A DNA stretch of 64,000 nt from assembly GCA_016788785.1 (NCBI GenBank), contig JAEUSM010000013.1, forward strand, positions 56,771-120,770. Reading direction: 5' to 3'. The DNA is from Candidatus Kapaibacterium sp. Lineage in GTDB: Bacteria > Bacteroidota > Ignavibacteria > Kapaibacteriales > JAEUSM01. Shown one piece after another: positions 38,181 to 47,082 of this stretch. The notes under the pieces are model-generated. The model searched no databases and was not told the origin of the DNA. It saw only the letters and a list, made by a program, of their open reading frames with translations. The first letter of the stretch is position 1, and each line of letters starts with the position of its first letter. The position numbers were made by a program, and so were the translations under genes.

Positions 38181-39659
38181 ATGAATTCAAATACAGAACA
38201 ACCGAAACTAATTACCAAACTTCAATTTGTTGATCTTGATGGCACTTTGATCACTTCAGACTGCCTTTGGGAAACCTTTTTACTATTTCTTAAAAAGAAC
38301 CCTTTTAATGGTCTAATTGCTATTTGGTGGTTAATTTCTGGTGGAAAAGCTCATTTGAAACATTCAATTGCAAAAAATGTCACTTTACAACCTTCACTTC
38401 TTCCATACAATCAAGATGTAATAGAATTTATAAAGGTTCAAAAAAGTTTGGGAGCTACCATTGTTTTGGCTACTGCAACGAATAAAAGCATTGCTAATCA
38501 AATTGCTGAGCATATTGGCTTATTTGACGATGTGATTGCTTCAGATGAAACAACGAATGTTCGTGGTTCAACCAAGAAGGAACTCCTTACAACCTACGCA
38601 AATGGTCAAGAGTATGTCTATTATGGAAATAGTACGGTAGATCTTCCAGTTTGGTCAGGATGTAACCATGCTATAGTTGTTTCTTCATCACAAAATTTGG
38701 TTCAGAAAGCATCTTTAGATGGAAAAGAAATATATCATATCCCAATCAACTCTTCATTTTTTCCAGCATTAGTAAAACAAATGCGAATATATCAATGGGT
38801 GAAAAACAGCTTAATTTTTATTCCGTTGTTTTTAGCACATAAGGTTAGTATTGATTTGTGGATTGATGGTTTGTTAGCGTTTTTTGCTTTCGGTTTTGCT
38901 GCATCAAGTGTTTATGTTGTCAATGATTTATTGGATTTAGAATCTGACCGACAACATCACCGCAAAAAAAATCGTCCATTTGCTTCTGGTGTGTTATCTA
39001 TTCCATTCGGAATTGCATTATTTCCTTTACTATTGGTGATTGCATTTTCAATTTCTGCAGTGTTGTTGCCACCATTATTTACGTTATTCTTGGGTATTTA
39101 TCTTGTCATTACAACCCTGTATTCCTTTGTGTTAAAAAAGATTGTAATGATAGATGTGCTGACTCTTTCATGGCTCTATACCCATAGAGTATTTGCAGGA
39201 GCAGTTGCAACAGATACTCCTATTTCTCCATGGTTACTACTTTTTGCTATCTTTCTATTTCTTTCTTTAGCATTTGTAAAACGTTACTCTGAACTTTTAG
39301 TCGCAGTTGAACAAAATAAAACGAAAGCATCAGGCAGAGGGTATTTCACGTCCGACTCACCGTTGATTGCAAGTGTTGGACCGGTGAGTGGATATTTGGG
39401 AGTTTTTGTCTTCTTTTTGTATATTAACTCCCCAGAAGTAGTTGCTCTGTATTCTTTTCCAATGCTCTTGTGGCTGGTAGGACCATTGTTACTGTATTGG
39501 ATTTCGCGAATTTGGGTAATAACCATTCGTGGCAATATGCACGATGACCCAATTGTTTTTACTATGAAAGATCCTGTGAGCTATTTCATTGGTTTTTGTA
39601 CATTTCTCATAGTTACTTTAGCAAGCATTCTTCCTAAACTTACTTTTTTTACACGATGA
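38181..39659 (+). CDS. fusion protein: N-terminal HAD-superfamily phosphatase + C-terminal UbiA-family polyprenyl-phosphate phosphoribosyltransferase (Rv3806c-like)
   Basis: The N-terminus carries HAD motif I 'LQFVDLDGTLITSD'. The C-terminal ~300 aa are polytopic and carry the UbiA motif 'VVNDLLDLESDRQHHRKKNRPFASG' after 'QWVKNSLIFIPLFLA'. The gene is operonic with a DprE1 orthologue. Confidence 0.7.
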   Translation: MNSNTEQPKLITKLQFVDLDGTLITSDCLWETFLLFLKKNPFNGLIAIWWLISGGKAHLKHSIAKNVTLQPSLLPYNQDVIEFIKVQKSLGATIVLATATNKSIANQIAEHIGLFDDVIASDETTNVRGSTKKELLTTYANGQEYVYYGNSTVDLPVWSGCNHAIVVSSSQNLVQKASLDGKEIYHIPINSSFFPALVKQMRIYQWVKNSLIFIPLFLAHKVSIDLWIDGLLAFFAFGFAASSVYVVNDLLDLESDRQHHRKKNRPFASGVLSIPFGIALFPLLLVIAFSISAVLLPPLFTLFLGIYLVITTLYSFVLKKIVMIDVLTLSWLYTHRVFAGAVATDTPISPWLLLFAIFLFLSLAFVKRYSELLVAVEQNKTKASGRGYFTSDSPLIASVGPVSGYLGVFVFFLYINSPEVVALYSFPMLLWLVGPLLLYWISRIWVITIRGNMHDDPIVFTMKDPVSYFIGFCTFLIVTLASILPKLTFFTR

Positions 39660-40216
39660 ACCAAGTATATTCATCCATTGAAGCAGGATTGGAACAACCA
39701 CAATTGGTTTCTTCCTTGCAGTTGTCAAAACAACGATTAGAAATTTTGCCTACTTCCATTGGTGCATTTACAAATCTGACACTGCTCAATCTTTGGCTTA
39801 ATAATCTAACAACATTACCCGAGGAGATAGCTCAGCTGCACTATCTTATAACCATTGATATAAGTAATAATAATTTTTTGACATTTCCAGAAGTATTATT
39901 TTCTGAAGGTCTTCAAAATCTAAAAAACATCAATGCCCGATTTTTACAATTAGAATCACTTCCGTTAGATATACAAAAGATTACAAAATTGGAAAGTTTA
40001 GACCTTACGGGAAATAAATTAACATCTTTACCTGAGGAAATTGGGAATCTGGAACATCTTTCGATGCTTCGATTAAATCAAAACCAAATACAAACACTTC
40101 CAAAGTCATTACAACATTGTAAGAAGTTGAAAGTTTTACATATTCAGAATAATCCCATTGTAAGTAAAGAAGAAATTCAGTCATGTGTTCCTGAAACGTG
40201 CGTAATCGTATTTTAA
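39656..40216 (+). CDS. small leucine-rich-repeat (LRR) protein
   Basis: The 186-aa protein has about six LRRs ('LTLLNLWLNNLTTLPEEI', 'LESLDLTGNKLTSLPEEIGNLEHLSMLRLNQNQIQTLPKSL'). Its start overlaps the upstream stop (ATGA at 39656) and its 3' end overlaps the DprE1 gene start by 19 nt. Confidence 0.6.
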   Translation: MNQVYSSIEAGLEQPQLVSSLQLSKQRLEILPTSIGAFTNLTLLNLWLNNLTTLPEEIAQLHYLITIDISNNNFLTFPEVLFSEGLQNLKNINARFLQLESLPLDIQKITKLESLDLTGNKLTSLPEEIGNLEHLSMLRLNQNQIQTLPKSLQHCKKLKVLHIQNNPIVSKEEIQSCVPETCVIVF

Positions 40217-41523
40217 CAATGTCGCATCAATCGTGGGGAAGAATTCCCAAAGTTCAACAAGAAGTCGAAACAATTCTTTGGAAAGAAGAGATAGCACATG
40301 TTATCGTTTCTCATTCCAATATCTTGCCGTATGGTAAGGGAAGAAGTTACGGAGATTCCTGTCTCAATGACGGCAATACTATTGCAGATTTGTCAAATCT
40401 TAATCGGTTTATCGCTTTTGATGCAGAACAAGGAATTTTGCAGTGTGAAGCCGGAGTAACCTTTGCTGAAATAATTGACACATTTCTTCCTAAGGGTTGG
40501 TTTTTACCTGTTACGCCGGGAACAAAATATGTTACCGTTGGAGGAGCAATCGCCAATGATGTTCATGGGAAAAATCATCATGTGGAAGGCACAATTGGAC
40601 ATCATATTCAATCGTTGTCCTTGCTTCGATCTGATGGTCAAATAAAAACCTGTTCAAAAACAGAAAATGAAGAATTGTTTCGAGCAACTATTGGTGGGTT
40701 GGGTCTCACAGGATTTATACTCACTGCTACTATCAAGCTCAAAAAAGTAACCAACGAATATTTTGCATTCGAAAGTATCAAATTCAAAGGAATAGACGAC
40801 TTTTTTACCATCAATGAAGAGTCAGAAAAAAACTTCGACTATACTGTTTCTTGGATAGATTGTAGTTCCACCGGAAAAAAACTAGGTCGTGGGATTTATA
40901 TGCGTGGAAATCACTCGACTACCCAACATCCTCCACTACCATTCAAAAAACCATCGCTCAAATTTCCCATAGAAGCTCCAACATGGCTTTTGAATGAAAC
41001 GGCTATAAAAGCATTTAACTTCCTCTATTATCACAAACAACTTTCAACATTTGTCAAAAAAGAAGTGCCGTATAATCCATTTTTCTACCCTTTGGATTTT
41101 ATTTTAGAATGGAATAAAATGTATGGTAGCGTTGGGTTTTATCAGTTCCAATGCGTCATTCCATTCGGTGACGAACGCAGTGGAATTAAAAAACTTCTCT
41201 CCACAATAGCCGAATCGGGAAAAGCTTCGTTTTTAGCAGTACTAAAAACCTTTGGCACTAAACCGTCAGTGGGTATGATGTCCTTCCCATCACCAGGGGT
41301 TACCTTAGCTCTTGACTTCCGCAATGATGGCGAATCTACTGTTCAATTACTGCACCAATTAGAGGAGATAGTTGCCTCATACAATGGCAAAATGTATCCT
41401 GCGAAAGATGCAACCATGAGACCAAAATTTTTCCAACAATTTTACCCACAATGGGAAGAATTTTCACGATTCAAAGACCCAAAAATTAGCTCTTCATTTT
41501 GGCGTAGAGTAACAAACCAATAA
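40198..41523 (+). CDS. dprE1: decaprenylphosphoryl-beta-D-ribose 2'-oxidase-like FAD-dependent oxidoreductase (DprE1 orthologue)
   Basis: Strong collinear motif matches to M. tuberculosis DprE1 run along the whole protein. They include 'SWGRIP', 'YGKGRSYGD', 'LPVTPGTKYVTVGGAIANDVHGKNHH', 'ATIGGLGLTGFILTATIKL', 'FYPLDFILEWNKMYGSVGFYQFQCVIP', 'GKASFLAVLKTFG' and 'NGKMYPAKD'. Confidence 0.85.
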   Translation: MRNRILTMSHQSWGRIPKVQQEVETILWKEEIAHVIVSHSNILPYGKGRSYGDSCLNDGNTIADLSNLNRFIAFDAEQGILQCEAGVTFAEIIDTFLPKGWFLPVTPGTKYVTVGGAIANDVHGKNHHVEGTIGHHIQSLSLLRSDGQIKTCSKTENEELFRATIGGLGLTGFILTATIKLKKVTNEYFAFESIKFKGIDDFFTINEESEKNFDYTVSWIDCSSTGKKLGRGIYMRGNHSTTQHPPLPFKKPSLKFPIEAPTWLLNETAIKAFNFLYYHKQLSTFVKKEVPYNPFFYPLDFILEWNKMYGSVGFYQFQCVIPFGDERSGIKKLLSTIAESGKASFLAVLKTFGTKPSVGMMSFPSPGVTLALDFRNDGESTVQLLHQLEEIVASYNGKMYPAKDATMRPKFFQQFYPQWEEFSRFKDPKISSSFWRRVTNQ

Positions 41524-41546
41524 TATCTTATACTTTTTGTAGTATT

Positions 41547-42395
41547 TTGAAAATTATTTCGTATATTTGTAAAACATTTATTACGAAAGATGGAAATATG
41601 GGAAACAATTTTAATCCTGATGCGTTCAAACGACTCAATGATTTGGCAGTGATGCTCTATGGTGGTTTACCGGAAATAGCTCGTCATATGGGTAAAGCAC
41701 ATACGTATTTCTATACGTATAAGAACAAAAATGCAAGTTTTGGAAGTAAATTCTATGCTGAATTGGAAAACAAGGCTGGGATTAGTGCAAAATATATTCA
41801 ATATGGAATAGGAACTCCATTTGCCGAAACGGAAATGGGCTCAATGTTGCGTGCAAAATACGAAGAAGAAATTAAAAATATGATTGACCTTGACGAAGAA
41901 GCTTCATATTCTGTTCGTAAAGACAATTCCTCTCAAAATAATTTTTCTGCTGCATCACTGAAAGAACTCTTTGAAGCAACTCCACCGCCATTTTATGTTC
42001 CTGAAATGTTATTTAGTTTGCGAGCAGGATCGCCTACTATAAATCTTTCTACGGAAGTATCTGGTTATAGAAATATGTCTGGTACCTTCATTGCTACAAT
42101 TTCTGGTGACAGTATGGCAGATTATGGAATGTCTGATGGTGACCAAATTTTGCTAAAACGTACCTCTCAGTTTCGTAATGGTGATGTGATTGCTGCTCGC
42201 ATCAATGACTCATTGACATTAAAACGTGCAAAACAAAACAACTCTGAGCTAATTCTTGTACCGGGAAATAAAAATTACGAACCTATTCCTGTTTTACCGA
42301 CTGATGACTTTGAATGCTTAGGAATTTGGGAAGGTGGAATATTTCCTTATGAAGTGGTAAAAAAACTACGTCGTTGGGAAGAAAATCCTTCTTAA
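41547..42395 (+). CDS. S24-peptidase (LexA/CI-like) repressor with non-LexA N-terminal domain
   Basis: The C-terminal catalytic domain 'ISGDSMADYGMSDGDQILLKRTSQFRNGDVIAARINDSLTLKRAKQ' has the Ser-Lys dyad spacing of LexA ('VSGDSM...VKRLKK'). The N-terminal ~180 aa are unrelated to the LexA winged helix. An alternative start is 'MGNNFNPD' at 41598. Confidence 0.7.
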   Translation: MKIISYICKTFITKDGNMGNNFNPDAFKRLNDLAVMLYGGLPEIARHMGKAHTYFYTYKNKNASFGSKFYAELENKAGISAKYIQYGIGTPFAETEMGSMLRAKYEEEIKNMIDLDEEASYSVRKDNSSQNNFSAASLKELFEATPPPFYVPEMLFSLRAGSPTINLSTEVSGYRNMSGTFIATISGDSMADYGMSDGDQILLKRTSQFRNGDVIAARINDSLTLKRAKQNNSELILVPGNKNYEPIPVLPTDDFECLGIWEGGIFPYEVVKKLRRWEENPS

Positions 42396-42455
42396 GACAC
42401 GTTTCTTTTTTCTAAACCGTTCTTATAACATACTATATACGACACACCATCAAAA

Positions 42456-43772
42456 GTGTGTCGTAATTTTTTCTATTCTTTTTTTCATTTTCGAATGGGC
42501 GATACTTTTTCACAGTTTGTTAAGACATTTTCCTCAAAAGTTGATGAACAAGAAAAAATATCCTACATTGTTTCTATAACAAATAATCAAGATGATTTTT
42601 CACCATCCGGTGAATTGGAAATGTCTATTTGTAAATTTTATCTCAATAACACAAAACAGTTTTCACCTTCACTCGAACATCTCAAATTTTTACTTCGAAT
42701 TGCTAACATTTATTATCATTACAAACAGTTTAATGATAGTTTCACATTGTTGAAGAAAATTGAAAATCTTGCTAAAAAAAATTCTTTGCAAGAGATTGTA
42801 AATCTATCGTATTCTCTTCATGCCTTGCTTGCAATTGAACGAGGAGATTATCCTTTTGCTTTGCAATCTATGTTACAGTCAAAACCGATAATTGAAGCGA
42901 GTAATAATCCTTTGCGAATTTCTACTCTTAATAACAGTTTGGGAGTTATCTACTATCATTTGGGTGATCTCAATCAAGCGTTAGAGTATTATAAGCAATC
43001 TCTTTACAATAAGGAGGAACAAAACTATTCCTCTCAAGATTGCATCACCTTGATGAATATTGCTACAATATATATTCAACAATCTGATTTAAACTGTGCA
43101 AAAGATTATGCACTAAAATCACTTTCTGTTGCAGAAAAATTAGATATTGGCAATCTAATAGCGTTGACAAAGAACAAACTTTCTACTATTGTATCGCTTC
43201 AAAAAGACTTTCAATTAGGTCTTCAATTAGCCAATGATACGATAACATATTACGAAAAAAATGGACCACTGTTAGATTTATCTTTTTCATATATTCTTCG
43301 TGCAGACATTACTCGTGAATTGAAGGCACCATTAGAGGCACTTTCTGATTTGAATAAAGCTTTGGATATTGCATTACAATTGAACAATCTTAATTTAGAA
43401 GGTTCCATTATGCGATCTATGGCAATGGTGTTTTTAAATGATTTACAAAAATTTGAATCCGCTTTACGATACATTCAACGGTATTACGAGATTTACAAAG
43501 ATTCTGAGTTCAAAGAACATTGGTTGCAATCTCATTTTTTGTATGCGTTGTATTATTCAAAATCTCAACAACCAAAAAAAGCACTTCAATTTATTTCCAT
43601 TGCATTAGAAGATAAAGATATCGATCAATGGATTTCTTGTAAAATTGATTTTTTAGAGTTAAAATTGCAACTGAATCATTTTTTGTCTTTAAGTGAACGC
43701 AAAAAAACTGAAGAAGTTTTGACGCAAAGTAAAGAAATCTACAAAAATTCGTATAAACCACAAACAATCTAA
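42456..43772 (+). CDS. TPR-repeat protein
   Basis: There are multiple TPR-like units ('LNNSLGVIYYHLGDLNQALEYYKQSL', 'LMNIATIYIQQSDLNCAKDYALKSL'). The start is uncertain because several in-frame ATGs occur. Confidence 0.5.
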   Translation: MCRNFFYSFFHFRMGDTFSQFVKTFSSKVDEQEKISYIVSITNNQDDFSPSGELEMSICKFYLNNTKQFSPSLEHLKFLLRIANIYYHYKQFNDSFTLLKKIENLAKKNSLQEIVNLSYSLHALLAIERGDYPFALQSMLQSKPIIEASNNPLRISTLNNSLGVIYYHLGDLNQALEYYKQSLYNKEEQNYSSQDCITLMNIATIYIQQSDLNCAKDYALKSLSVAEKLDIGNLIALTKNKLSTIVSLQKDFQLGLQLANDTITYYEKNGPLLDLSFSYILRADITRELKAPLEALSDLNKALDIALQLNNLNLEGSIMRSMAMVFLNDLQKFESALRYIQRYYEIYKDSEFKEHWLQSHFLYALYYSKSQQPKKALQFISIALEDKDIDQWISCKIDFLELKLQLNHFLSLSERKKTEEVLTQSKEIYKNSYKPQTI

Positions 43773-43778
43773 CCAATA

Positions 43779-46700
43779 ATGAATCAGAAAACATATTCCC
43801 ATCGTTCTATGAAATCCTTTTTATTTCTTTTTGTTGCACTTAGCCTGTTGCTTTTTGTTGATACCCAAGCACTTACTCCCAAATGGGTTCGCAGTCCTGC
43901 CATTTCGCATGATGGTTCAACAATAGCATTTTGTTATAAAGGTGATATTTTTGTTGCGAAAACTTCCAATACTATTTCTACAACAAAACAGTTAACCACT
44001 CATTCTGCTGATGATATAGCACCTATTTTCTCTCGAGATGGAAAAACTCTTGTTTTTGCTTCAAATCGATACGGAAATTTTGACATATATTCTGTTTCTA
44101 TTGATGGTGGCACTCCTCAAAGGTTGACCTTTCACTCTGCAAATGAAATTCCAACAGATGTAACTTACGATGGTCAATTAGTTCTTTTCTCTTCTTCTCA
44201 ACTTGATTCGAAAGAAAATATTCTGTTTCCAACTCCTGCACTTTCAGAGTTATATTCAGTCCCATTAAAAGGAGGAAGAACGTCCTTAGTTTTGACAACT
44301 CCTGCAGAAGCATGCAAAGTAAATACAAATGGAAGTCTTTGGCTCTATCAAAATCGTAAGGGATATGAAAATGAATGGAGAAAACATCAAACATCCTCCA
44401 TTGCAAGAGATATTTATTCCTATAACTCTCAAACAAAGAAACATACAAAATTATTGGCAGGTAGATTCGAACAGCGAGATCCAAACTTTTATTCTTCCAA
44501 TGGTACTTCGTTTGTCGCTTTCCTTTCTGAATCTGATGGAGTTTTCAATATTTGGTCAGGACAATTGAATGCTCAAGGTGCAATCCAAGGTGATGTAAAG
44601 CAAAGAACTATATTCAAACAACATCCTACAAGAAATTTATCAGTTTCTGACAATGGATTAGCAATTTTCTCATGGGATGGAGAATTGTATACTCTCGACC
44701 TATCAAAAGAAAACACTTCTCCTACAAAGGTCGCCTTAGATATCAAGGTTGATGCGAAAGTAAACGAGCAATCGTACAAAGTATATACAAGCGATGCAAC
44801 TGAATTTGAAATTTCTCCAACGGAAAAAGAAGCAGCCTTTATTGTTAGAGGAGATGTGTTTGTCGTATCATTAGAGTTCAAAACAACAAAACGCATCACA
44901 AATACTCCTGAACAAGAACGCAATATTTCGTTTTCTCCTGATGGTAGAAGTTTGCTTTATTCTTCTGAGCGAAATGGGTCTTGGGATGTCTATACTTCCT
45001 CATTACCCGATACTTCAGATAAGTTTTTCTATGCAGCTGCAGCAATAGAAGAAAAAGCTGTGATATCAACTCCTGTGGAAGAATTTCAACCACTTTTTTC
45101 TCCAGATGGGAAATACATTGCCTATTTAGAAGAACGAGTGAAATTACGTTTATATAATCTCGAGACCAAAACTTCATCATTATTAGTCGATAGTACACAT
45201 AATTATTCCTACTCCGATGGTGATCAGTATTTTTCTTGGTCACCCGATAGTAAATGGATTGCTTTAGAGTTTATTGACAAAAAACGTTGGGTCGGTGAAG
45301 TAGGAATTGTCAATATTGAATCGAAAAAACTCCATAATCTTTCTCAAAGTGGCTACAATGATTTTGCACCACGATTTATGGGTAATGGTACTATTTTTGT
45401 TTGGTTTTCAGACCGAAATGGAATGCGTTCGCATGGTTCTTGGGGATCTCAATCCGATGCGTATGCACTGTTTTTAACCAATAAATCTTGGGAACAATTC
45501 AAACTTTCTGATGTTGATTATGAACTTCGAAAAGATGAATTTAATGACAAAGATGATGACGATGACGATGATTGGAAAAGCAAACGCAAAAAGAAATCGG
45601 AACTTATCAAAAAGAAAAAAGTTGTCAAATTAGTTCCTGAATTTGAAAATTTAGACCGTCGATATGCACGATTAACGAAATTCTCTTCAGCATTAGGTGA
45701 TGCTATACTCACTGATGATGGCGAGAAGATGTATTATCTTACTCGTTTTGAAGAAGGGTATGATTTGTGGGTAACTAATTTCAAAAAAAATGAAAACAAA
45801 CTTCTCGCTAAACTCAAAACATCGTCTGGTTCATTAAAGCTATCCTCTGACAACAAAACAATTTTTGTTTTAGCTAATGGACAATTGCAATCGGTGAATG
45901 CCGAAAGTGGGACAGTAAAACCAATTCCATTTCGTGCTGAAGTCGTTTTACAACCAGCCAAAGAACGTGAATTTTTGTTTGAACATGTGTGGCGTCAAAC
46001 ATTGAAAAAGTTCTATCTTTCTTCAATGCATGGCGTTGATTGGAATTTTTACAAAAATGAGTACAAAAAGTTTCTTCCGGAAATTGCAACAACCTTCGAT
46101 TTTTCGATATTGCTTTCAGAATTACTTGGTGAATTGAATGCCTCTCACACTGGATGTAACTTCCGTCCTCAATTTGACGCAGAAATTAATGATGTAACTG
46201 CATCGTTGGGTTGTATCTTTGACAGAAACTATCAAGGTGAAGGGTATAAAATTGACGAAATTGTCACTGGTTCTCCAATTGATATTACAGCAAAAGAAAT
46301 TCGTTCTGGTGATATTATCACCCATATAGACGGTGTTTCTTTGACTGCTTCGACTGATATTGCTTCTTTGCTCAACAAAAAGGCAGGAATCAGAACGACA
46401 ATAACTGTTGTTACCAAAGGAACAAAGAAAAATTACATTGTTAGCCCTATTTCCCTTGGTGAGTTTTCGCAATTACTGTATCAACGTTGGATAGACAATT
46501 GTGAAAAAACTGTTTTGCAAGTATCAAACAATACTATCGGTTATGTTCATGTTCGTGGTATGAACGACGCATCATTTCGTGAGACCTTTGACCGTGCATT
46601 GGGTCGACATGCAGATAAAAAAGCACTTATCGTCGATACGAGGTTCAATGGCGGTGGATGGTTACACGATGATTTGGCAACCTTTCTTTCTGGCAAACAA

Positions 46701-47075
46701 TATGTTTCTTTAGTTCCAAGAGGTCAACAGATAGGTTCTGAACCTCAAAATAAATGGCAACGAAAATCAATTGTGTTAATGTCAGAAGGCAATTATTCGG
46801 ACGCACATTTTTTCCCATATACCTACAAAGCATTAGGTTTGGGTACACTCATTGGTATGCCAGTACCAGGTACAGCAACGGCAGTGTGGTGGGAAACACT
46901 TCAAGACCCAAGTTTGGTCTTTGGTATTCCGCAAATTGGCGTTGTAGGAACTGACGGCAAATACCTTGAAAATCAAGAATTATTTCCAGATATTGAAGTT
47001 CCTATTACTCCTGAAGATGCCTCGAACGGTAAAGACACACAATTGCTCCGAGCAATTGAAGAAGCGATTAAATAA
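43779..47075 (+). CDS. tricorn-protease-like protein (TolB-like beta-propellers + PDZ + S41 peptidase)
   Basis: The 1098-aa protein has a signal peptide and TolB-type repeats ('FSRDGKTLVFASNRYGNFDIYSVSIDGG', 'FSPDGRSLLYSSERNGSWDVYT'). An acidic/basic linker 'DDDDDDDWKSKRKKK' is followed by a C-terminal S41-like region ('LIVDTRFNGGGW'). Confidence 0.65.
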   Translation: MNQKTYSHRSMKSFLFLFVALSLLLFVDTQALTPKWVRSPAISHDGSTIAFCYKGDIFVAKTSNTISTTKQLTTHSADDIAPIFSRDGKTLVFASNRYGNFDIYSVSIDGGTPQRLTFHSANEIPTDVTYDGQLVLFSSSQLDSKENILFPTPALSELYSVPLKGGRTSLVLTTPAEACKVNTNGSLWLYQNRKGYENEWRKHQTSSIARDIYSYNSQTKKHTKLLAGRFEQRDPNFYSSNGTSFVAFLSESDGVFNIWSGQLNAQGAIQGDVKQRTIFKQHPTRNLSVSDNGLAIFSWDGELYTLDLSKENTSPTKVALDIKVDAKVNEQSYKVYTSDATEFEISPTEKEAAFIVRGDVFVVSLEFKTTKRITNTPEQERNISFSPDGRSLLYSSERNGSWDVYTSSLPDTSDKFFYAAAAIEEKAVISTPVEEFQPLFSPDGKYIAYLEERVKLRLYNLETKTSSLLVDSTHNYSYSDGDQYFSWSPDSKWIALEFIDKKRWVGEVGIVNIESKKLHNLSQSGYNDFAPRFMGNGTIFVWFSDRNGMRSHGSWGSQSDAYALFLTNKSWEQFKLSDVDYELRKDEFNDKDDDDDDDWKSKRKKKSELIKKKKVVKLVPEFENLDRRYARLTKFSSALGDAILTDDGEKMYYLTRFEEGYDLWVTNFKKNENKLLAKLKTSSGSLKLSSDNKTIFVLANGQLQSVNAESGTVKPIPFRAEVVLQPAKEREFLFEHVWRQTLKKFYLSSMHGVDWNFYKNEYKKFLPEIATTFDFSILLSELLGELNASHTGCNFRPQFDAEINDVTASLGCIFDRNYQGEGYKIDEIVTGSPIDITAKEIRSGDIITHIDGVSLTASTDIASLLNKKAGIRTTITVVTKGTKKNYIVSPISLGEFSQLLYQRWIDNCEKTVLQVSNNTIGYVHVRGMNDASFRETFDRALGRHADKKALIVDTRFNGGGWLHDDLATFLSGKQYVSLVPRGQQIGSEPQNKWQRKSIVLMSEGNYSDAHFFPYTYKALGLGTLIGMPVPGTATAVWWETLQDPSLVFGIPQIGVVGTDGKYLENQELFPDIEVPITPEDASNGKDTQLLRAIEEAIK

Positions 47076-47082
47076 ATAGATT

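Noticed and set aside
41547-42395. Prophage or integrated element around the S24 repressor
   Set aside because: No integrase, excisionase, terminase, capsid or tail genes and no flanking att-like direct repeats are present. The neighbours are a DprE1-operon and a tricorn-like protease gene. This is a stand-alone regulator.
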